A stretch of DNA of 64,000 nucleotides from the human T2T-CHM13v2.0 reference genome, Homo sapiens. A program made the position numbers and the translations under genes. This document shows positions 50,606 to 64,000 of this stretch, piece by piece. The DNA lies in the NCBI RefSeq assembly GCF_009914755.1, contig NC_060938.1; one strand, 5' to 3'. The notes under the pieces are model-generated. The model was given only the letters and a program-made list of their open reading frames with translations. It made no database searches and was not told where the DNA came from. Each line of letters begins with the position of its first letter. The first letter of the stretch is position 1.

Positions 50606-50743
50606 GTTTTTTTTTTTTTTTCCCGTAGAGACATGGTCTCCCTATGTTGTCCAGGCTGGTCTCCAACTCCTGGCCTCAAGGGGTCCTCCCACCCCAGGTT
50701 CCCAAATTGCTAGGATTACAGGCATGAGCTACCATGCCCAGCC
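50606..50743 (-). mobile_element. Alu monomer (FLAM-like)
   Basis: TSD CTGTTCAG. Confidence 0.8.
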
Positions 50744-50797
50744 CTGTTCAGATTCTTCTTGGTCTCTCTGTGTCTCGTTCTTTTACCTGGAGTGTAG

Positions 50798-51165
<368 letters not shown>

Positions 51166-51642
51166 TGAGAATTTCTCTATGGCTAGCTCTTACACAGAAA
51201 GGCAAGGGAAGGTTAGAGTAATATTTCTAGGTTTTATGGCTGGCTTTGAGAGAGAGGGTTTCTAGTTTCTATCACCTGCCTTAGGGAAGAGGAATTCTAG
51301 TTTCTATGGCCTGCCTTGGGAGAGAGGGGAGCAGGAGAGATGGAGACAGGAAAAGGTCAGTAACATCTTGCTTCTGAGCCCCCCAATGTCCTTCAGTTCA
51401 AACTACTCAGCATGACAAAGCACCAAACTTTGGGATATCATTTTCTGAGCCCCAAAAAGACACTGCGTGATTCAGTTTGCTAATACTCTGTTTAGAGTTT
51501 TTATATCTATACTCATTAGTTACATTGACCTGACACTTTCCTCTTTGGTCCTGCCTTTGTCTTCTGGTCCTGAGGGTTTTTGTTGATCCAGATAAATGTT
51601 CTGGGCACTAAGGTAGTGTCCCCTGCCTATCTAGACCATGGG

Positions 51643-52318
51643 GTATCAGACCATTCTCACACTGCTATAAAGAAATACGCAGCTGGGCGCGGTGGCTCAC
51701 ACCTGTAATCCCAGCACTTTGGGAGGTGAAGGTGGGTGGATCACCTGAGGTCGGGAGTTCGAAACCAGCCTGACCAACATGGAGAAACCCCATCTCTACT
51801 AAAACTACAAAATTAGCCGGGTGTGGTGGCTCATGCCTGTAATCCCAGCTACTCAGGAAGCTGAAGCAGGAGAATCGCTTGAACCCAGGAGGCGGAGGTT
51901 GCGGTGGGCCAAGATTGCGCCATTGCACTCCAGCCTGGGCAACAAGAGTGAAATTTTGTCTAGAAAAAAGAAAAAGAAAAAAAGAAATATTCGAGACTGG
52001 GTAACTTATAAAGGAAAGAGGTCTAATCCCCAGTTCCACATGGCTGGGGAGGCCTCAGGAAACTTAAATTCATTGCAGAAGGCAAAGGAGATTTAAGCAC
52101 CTCCACAAGGTGGCAGGAGAGAGTGAGCAAGAGGGAGGGGGGAAATGTCACAATTTTAAGCCATCAAATCTCGTGAGAATTCACTCACTGTCATGAGAAC
52201 AGGGAAACTACCCCCATGGCCCAGTCATCTCACACATGGTCCCTTCCTCATCATGAGGATGATGATGATTACAATTTGAGATGAGATTTGGATGGGGACA
52301 CAGAGCCAGACCATATCA
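51643..52318 (-). mobile_element. THE1/MST MaLR LTR interrupted by an Alu
   Basis: ...GGGACACAGAGCCAGACCATATCA terminus. Confidence 0.75.
51681..51987 (+). mobile_element. AluS (Sp-like)
   Basis: Alu consensus match. Confidence 0.9.
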
Positions 52319-52465
52319 GATGGGGCATGAATCTAAGTTATATTGGCCTTCGAGACCATGAGCTCAATCAAAAGTCAGCTCCTGAGCAGGAGCTCAACAA
52401 ACTTTTAGGTAAAGAACCAGATATTTTAAATATTTTAGGCTTCCACGACACATGCATCTCTGTTT

Positions 52466-53231
<766 letters not shown>

Positions 53232-53233
53232 AC

Positions 53234-53646
53234 TGTAAACCAAAAAGTACCTGAGACAGTTCTCAATCAATTTAGAAGTTTATTTTGCCAAGGTTAAGGA
53301 CAAGCCCAGGAGATGGGTCTGTGCCTTTCTCCAAAGATGATTTTGAGGACTTCAGGATTTAAAAGGGGAGAAAGCAGGATGGAGGGGGAAGAGGGAGGCT
53401 GTGGTCACATGACTGAATCCCCATGTTGCAAGAGAAAGGGAGCAGGTAGGGGAATAGTAAGTCAGCACTCTCTGTAAGATAAGGTGAACATAGAGTAACT
53501 ACCTGCAGAGATCTTTAACCTTTTATGTGTAGCTATCTGCTTAGGAACAAAAGGAAAGACAGATTCTTGCATGACTCAGCTTTCAGCTTCATTTTCTTCC
53601 TTCTGGCAGAGTGAACCAGGGTTCAAGTTTTTGTTTTTCCTTCACA
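53234..53646 (-). mobile_element. MER57/MER4-group LTR
   Basis: TGTAAACCAAAAAG...TTTCCTTCACA termini. Confidence 0.65.
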
Positions 53647-53844
53647 ATACTGTTGTTTCTCCTCTTCCCTTTCCTCCTCCTCCTTCTTCTCCTTCTTCAC
53701 AACTCCTAAAAATGTAAAACCTATTCTTAGCTCACAAACCTTACAAAAAAGTTTGCCAGTTTGATTTAAACTGTCTCCCAAAATCTATGTCTCAATGACA
53801 TGTTGTTGTTTCCTACAATATAGTGATGCTTGAGTGATTATCTA

Positions 53845-54165
<321 letters not shown>

Positions 54166-54513
54166 TTATGAAAGTCAAGAGCCTGATAAACAGTCACCAC
54201 CCATTCGTAATCTGTGCTGCCACACCTCTAGCCAGCAGATCTGCCATCTTTTGAAATGAGTATCAACCTGGACATTCCCAAGTAAAGTGCCCACAACACC
54301 TAGGGGTTGTGATTCAAACAGCAATGGTTAGACTCAGGCTCTCTCTTGCTGCCCTCTCCTGGCTGGTCTATTGTTGAGGATCAGATGTGAATCCTGTAGG
54401 ATTTCATGAGACTCAGGAAACCTTCAGGTCTGATTGCTGACCTGTAGACTTGTCAAAATTTCTACCAGTGGATAGTTCTTAAGGCTGGTCATGATGGCCG
54501 AGTTTGTCTGTTA

Positions 54514-54869
<356 letters not shown>

Positions 54870-54971
54870 GGAGTTATCGTATATTGAACATTTACTATGT
54901 GCCAAACACTGCTAAACAAATATTATTCCATTTCATCCTTAGAACGATCACATGAGATCCATATCCCTTGA

Positions 54972-55618
<647 letters not shown>

Positions 55619-56149
55619 AGAGAGGTTAATTAACCTGCTCAAGGATCACAGGTGGTAGAGCTGGAGCTTGGCATTCAGTCTATATTTATCTGACTCTAGA
55701 ACTTGTGGTCTGAATTGCTACCCAAGGTTTACAATCATTTATGCAGAGTCTAATTCAGTAGGAGTAGTGTGGTGCCAGAAATTTGCATTTTTGACAAGCA
55801 CTCCAGGGTCCTGGAGAGCTACACTTTGAGAACACTTCCTGTCACAAATAGAAACTGCACGGCTTCCATTAGAAAGATGAAACTCTTTAGTAACAGAAGA
55901 CTTATTCTGGGGTGGACCAAATGCTGGGCTTTCCCTCCTTCTTTGAGTAGAAGAGGAAGTTAGAAGAGGGTAATAAGATGCAAAGATTTCTTATCTCTTC
56001 CTGTCCCTCAGGCCTCCCTGCCCCCACCTAAGCCCCAGAAAAGTGCACCTCAAATGAATTTGCCCGAAGAGGTATAACATTGCCCTTTGCTGACAAACCC
56101 CTGAGCAAACATGTACTGGTTATTTGGTAACACTCAAAAGTCTAATCGT

Positions 56150-56856
<707 letters not shown>

Positions 56857-57751
56857 AGCAGTTCTGAGGAACAGTTTGCTCAGGCTGTCAGATCTGGAAG
56901 TGTTCGTGGCTTGCTGAGCAGAGACAAGAGGACAAAGCCTTAGGTGTAATCTAAATACAACGGATTTGCAATGAAACAAGTGGCCTGGTCTCCAACCGTT
57001 TCTCCACACGCTCTGCCTTTCTGACAGCAAATCTATGTTTGGCAAGGAATGGGATGGAGACTTCTTCCCACCTGGTGGCCAATGTTTTCTTGAACCTCTA
57101 TATCACCCTTCAGCTCCTGGGTGGGGTTGATGGTCATCCACAGAGAATGGGGGGACAATATACCTGTGAGGGCCCAGCCACTGGTCAGTGTTCAGCAGAG
57201 GAGAAATACAGTAGAGAAAGAGCAAGACTATGCCAGACATTGTGCTGGGTATTTGACTAACATGATTTAATCTTCCAATAACCCAGAGAAGTGTAGGGAT
57301 TCCATCTTCATTTGCCACATGAAAAAACGGAGACACAAATATGCAAAGTAACTTGCCCAAGATCATCCACGTAATAAGTAGAGTCAATTATTAAACCTAA
57401 AGGCCTTGTCCTTTCCATCCAGCTCTGTGCCACCGCGAAGGGCCACCGCTCTCTGCATTAGTTCCTCTGTGTAAGATCTCCTCTTCCAATCCAAACAGGC
57501 TCCACTCACAAGCCTTGGAAAAACGCCACCAGCCCTTGGGTCCAAGAATAACATAAATGCAATGAGCCATTTTCTGAAAATGAGATGACATATGTCAAGC
57601 ATTCAGCCCAGAGCCTGGTACTTTTCAGACTGCTCAGCCGGGGTGGGAGGGTCCCTGGGACAGGGTGTTTCTGGTTTCAGGAGATTCTACTGGCCGTTTG
57701 GTAACAAACATTTATCAGGTAACTATATAAATGGTCAAAACAGGAAGAGCA

Positions 57752-58063
<312 letters not shown>

Positions 58064-58584
58064 TTAGATCTCAGGAATCCATCCCTGCCTGCCAGGGGGA
58101 TGGAATGAGCTGACTGGCTCAGCTTAAGTGGCATGCTCTGTCCTTGGAAGCACATGGACCCTCAAATGAAAATTGGGAGCTCTCGTGGGAAGTGGGGTTT
58201 GTCAGGGAGACAGCCACAAAGATCACAACAGGAAAGTTGCTTTTGTGAAATAAAAAGGCAGGAAGGCACAAGCAGTATATGATTGTAGCCCACAGATTTG
58301 TTTGGCTAGAGCAGAGCATTCTTTGTTCTTGAAAGTGAGTTGTGAGAAATGGAGCATTTGGGAGGGAGTTGGGGGTGCTGGAAGGGGCCTTGTGGGGAGC
58401 CTGCGGGGCCTCAGGCTTTGTGTGAGTCTGGGAGTTTTAGTGCAGCATTTACCGGATTACTAGCAAATTCAGGAAATGAGCCTGTTTCCTCCTATTATAG
58501 AGCCTAATCCTTTATTCATTAAATGGAGTATTTACTCAGCCTTAAAATGTTCAGCGTGGGGGGTTAGAAAAGAAGGGAGCCCAC

Positions 58585-58770
58585 AGCTGCTGAGAGCCCA
58601 CTGTGTGCTGACACTAGGCTGGAGGCTTCTCCTACGTTTTCTCTTTTAATGCTCCCAACCTCCCTCTCTGCCCCATTTCACAGATGGAGAAGGAAAGGCA
58701 AGTGACTTGTCCAGAGCCACTCTGTCAAAAGGGGACTTGAGTCCTCAGGGCTGTTGACTCCAAAGCTGAC
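58585..58770 (-). mobile_element. MIR
   Basis: CCCATTTCACAGATGGAGAA...AAGTGACTTGTCCAGAGCCAC MIR core. Confidence 0.65.
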
Positions 58771-58776
58771 AAGCAG
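58684..58776 (+). other. Candidate MIR-derived cassette 5'-UTR exon with an 18-codon uORF
   Basis: Branch-like TTTAAT, AG-free pyrimidine tract, CACAG|ATGG acceptor, CAG|GTAACC donor; lies in an antisense MIR. Confidence 0.55.
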
Positions 58777-59337
58777 GTAACCACATTGGGGTTTTCTCCA
58801 GGACATGAGAATTCCTTTGTCCTGTGTATCACATCGAGCACCTGGGCTGATGACCCTTCTGCATGGTGTACCCACCTCACAGCCTGAGCTTATCCTCAGC
58901 TACATCCACTATGCCCAGAGACACTGATGAATGCATCTGGGAGTCTGGAGGGAGGGGTCCACTTGTGAGTTGAGGCCCCATTTGTACCCGCTCCACCAGG
59001 ACTGAGGACAGGAAGTCACGCCTAGGAGAACCAAGACGGGGTTGACACCAATGGTACCCACAGAGCATCCTTGTCCCAACTGTCACCACCATCCCCCTCC
59101 TCCTCCTCACACCTGCATCTCCAGCAGTTATTGAGCGCTTGCAACATACCCGGTGCTCTCTCAGCACTTTACATACATCATCTCCTGGAACTATCCCAAA
59201 GCTTTTTTGAAGCAGGTGCCATTATCCTCCCCATTTTGTAGATGGGAAAGCTAAGAAATGACCATGGAGGCCGAGGTCACAGCAAGGGGCTTGTCCCTGT
59301 AAGGTCTATACACTCATCCCCATTTCCTTTTCCCTCT

Positions 59338-59633
59338 TTAATTTTCTTTTTTATTTTTGGAGACAGGCTCTCACCCTGTTGCCCAGGCTGGAGTGCGGTG
59401 ACGTGATCATGGCTCACAGCAGCCTTGACCTCTGAGGCTGAAGCAATCCTCCCGCATCAGTCTCCCGAGTAGCTGGGACCACAGCTACCATGCCTAGCTA
59501 ATTTTTGTATATTTTTGTAGAGACAGGGTCTCACCATGTTGCTCAGGCTTGTCTCAAACTCCTGAGCTCAAGCCATCCACCCTCCTCAGCCTCCCAAAGT
59601 GCTGGAATTAAGGCGTGTACCACCATGCCTGGC
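59338..59633 (-). mobile_element. AluJ
   Basis: Alu consensus match. Confidence 0.85.
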
Positions 59634-61242
59634 CCATGCCCCATTTTAAAAATGAGTAAATTTAACCTTCGAGAGGTTGCCCACTAATCTCACATGGCTG
59701 GCAAGTGGCTGAGTTGGGATCTGAACTCAAGTTCTGTCTGACTACCATGGATGGGCTGAGCACTGCTGTGAAGGATAATTGTTGAGTTAAAGAAAACCTT
59801 TGGAGAAGTGATTTGGCCTTGTGGATCTTTCCCTGAGCACAATTTCCAGCATGTTCCTGAGAAAGCTTAGGATCCTCTTTGTTGGAATAAGCGCAGGTCC
59901 TTCCTCGGGGCATCTATGCCCACTAACGTCACAGTCATCCTCCACTCCCACTTTTTCCCCTTTCCCGAAAACATCTCATATGGGGCTCCGAGCAAGCCCT
60001 GGGAGGAGCTGCTTCCTGGGTGACTGTGTCCCCCGGAGGAATGTACACCTGCAGCAAGACGAGTGGGACATTTTTGAAGCCTCAGGCCACACACATTGTC
60101 CCCAAGACAAGGCTGATGCGGCTAGTAAGCCTCTTGTTTTTGAAGGTCACAAACAACAAAAACATGGAAACTCAGAATGGAAGGGGGCCCATGAGAGCAA
60201 TCTTGAGGCATAACAACAGCTGCAGAAGGTGACTGCAGGGAAGCGGACTGTGCTCCTATTCTTTATGTTCTGTTTTTAGCTGTGTTTTTCAGAGCAAGTA
60301 GGTACCATGGTGATAGGTACCATAGAAATAGATGGAGCGCACCACCCAGCACGGGGCTGCCAAGCTGTTCCCCTGGAAATGCACCGAGAGCTGCCAGGGA
60401 GAGCCCAGGGACTCTGCTTCCTGGGGCCTGTCAGCTGCACGGCCAGGGAAGAAGTCCCCTGTAGAATGGTCCCCAGAGGCTTCTCACTGTCTTGCTGTCA
60501 TTGTCCAAGGTCCCTGATGGTGCATCCTCCTCCTGGAGCACCTGTGGCCTTCCTCTCTGAGTCCTCAGGAAACTCACTTAAGGGGGTTTGCCTTTGCCTA
60601 GTGAAGCAATTATCTTGGCCAACAGTGACCTCAAAAGTAGCACTGCCAGCATTCCTGTCTCCATAGTTAGGAGTGCGTGGTCCTCATCCTGCCTGGATGT
60701 GGCACTGTCACTGGTTTTATGCAATGTCATAAAGAATTTGTGGGGCAGGAGCTGAGTTCTGAACATTTGGTAATCAGGAATACTCATAAAATGAAATTTC
60801 AGAGGATCTAACCCAGAAAGCCGAGCAAGGTAGGGCATAACCACGTCTGATATGGTGGTTTTCAGTTTGTGAAGCCACAGGCAGTACAGAATAGGGCCCA
60901 GCCTCAACTATTTTTGGATGCAGCTTGAATGGACTGAAAGACCCTTTGAAACAAGTGCTGGAACCATCCCGTAGCACTTACATAACCATCTCTGCAAGGC
61001 TGTTGATAGATGAATGTAAATGAACCTAGGCAGAGCTTAGCTCATTTTTATTTAGATTTAGACCAATTTCATGTCTTCTGAAACGTAACCCATATATACA
61101 CACACTAAATCTAACTCTTTTATTTTAGGCCTAGCATGAGAGGATCAAGTTGAAAGGGCATCTGTTATTATATCTGTCCCATCATATCTGCTTCTGTGAT
61201 GGCTTTATTATGTACATTTCTTTCTATACATTTGTGCTCTCA

Positions 61243-62005
<763 letters not shown>

Positions 62006-62126
62006 TAACATCATTAACTCATAAATTATTGTTTAGTTACAGATTACGAAAATGATAGAACCAGAAGGTGCTAACAAAATGTCTGTCCTGCATGTGTGGC
62101 ATTTGACATGAAGAAACTGAGGCCCT

Positions 62127-62824
<698 letters not shown>

Positions 62825-63328
62825 TTATCACTCTGGCAAATTCTCTCCCAGTGATGGAGATGTGTGGAGCCCCCAGTCTCTCCAACCAGGGAGTGGTGCT
62901 CATGGTGACCCTGAAGTAGGCTTGTGGGTCAGGCCGTTGGTTGAGCTGTGCAGTGCCAGAAGTAGCTAAACATCCTTAAAGGAACTGCCTAGTTTATCAT
63001 TAGGACTAACCATGGAACCGATGACTCAGCGTTTACTGTTGGCAGTATCATACACTCAACCTGCATGTAGATTTCGTGCATCATATTTTGTGGTTACAGG
63101 AATTTGGCCTGATGGACCCGTTGCAGAAACTCTGTACTAAATAAGCAAACACGTGTGCTCTAGTTTTACAGGCCAAGCAAACTGTGAAACAGAAGGGTTG
63201 GCCTTTCTTGCCCTTAGCAGTCATACCTTGGACTTTTGCCACTTGGTTGGGTTGCTTTATTTGGCTAAGTAACTAAAAGCAGATTTACTTTGAAGAATGA
63301 GGTTCTCAAATATTCTAGAACTCTCTAA

Positions 63329-63703
<375 letters not shown>

Positions 63704-63910
63704 ATCCAGTTTGGCCTGTGTGAAGCACCCACACAAAACCTTCCTTTCCCAATATTAGCGCCTTCCTGTGGAGCTGGAACAGGGGCCCCGGGGCTAGAAT
63801 ATTTGATATTCAAGACACACACTGAGTCTGGTGTGGTGCTTTTCAGCAACACATTGAAAAATTGTTGCTTTTCACACCAACAATTTGAAACTAAACATTT
63901 AATGTGAATG

Positions 63911-64000
63911 TTTCTTTTTTTTTGAGAGAATGTCTCACTGTCCCCCAGGCTGGAGTGCAGTGGTGCAATCGTGGCTCACAGCAGTCTTGACCTCCTGGGC
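63911..64000 (-). mobile_element. AluJ (runs off the window)
   Basis: Alu consensus match. Confidence 0.8.

Noticed and set aside
59821-60666. Overlapping 119-130 aa ORFs and an acceptor-like TTTTTCAG near 60291
   Set aside because: No match to the DGLUCY N-terminus as I recall it (MPFTLHLRSRLP...) or to any family I recognise; no convincing paired donor.

Overview
Human (primate) genomic DNA, very rich in repeats: about 75 Alu copies plus L1/L2/MIR fragments, DNA transposons and at least ten LTRs. I see no credible protein-coding exon; nearly all listed ORFs are Alu-, LTR- or microsatellite-derived. From memory (not database-verified), the GC-rich unique block at ~27.4-28.7 kb matches the alternative 5'-UTR first exons of DGLUCY (C14orf159, mitochondrial D-glutamate cyclase, + strand). 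The H/ACA snoRNA at 39899-40029 matches SNORA11B, which is known to lie in a DGLUCY intron. The window therefore appears to be upstream/intronic DGLUCY sequence, with the coding exons beyond the right edge. I find no clearly new biological system. The most interesting items are: (i) a poly(A)-tailed snoRNA retrogene inside an MLT1C LTR; (ii) a U7 snRNA retrocopy followed by a second U7-like 3' end; (iii) an L1PA 3' transduction bounded by a perfect 17-bp TSD; (iv) a MER41B LTR with two intact STAT GAS sites and an ETS-IRF element ~1.3 kb from the first exons; (v) a MIR-derived candidate cassette exon carrying a splice-dependent uORF; (vi) two direct-repeat LTR10C solo LTRs bracketing the promoter; (vii) a locally templated 40-bp insertion and an unidentified TSD-flanked retro-insertion. 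Repeat subfamily names are recalled from consensus sequences, and most repeat boundaries are approximate (+/- ~10-30 bp).
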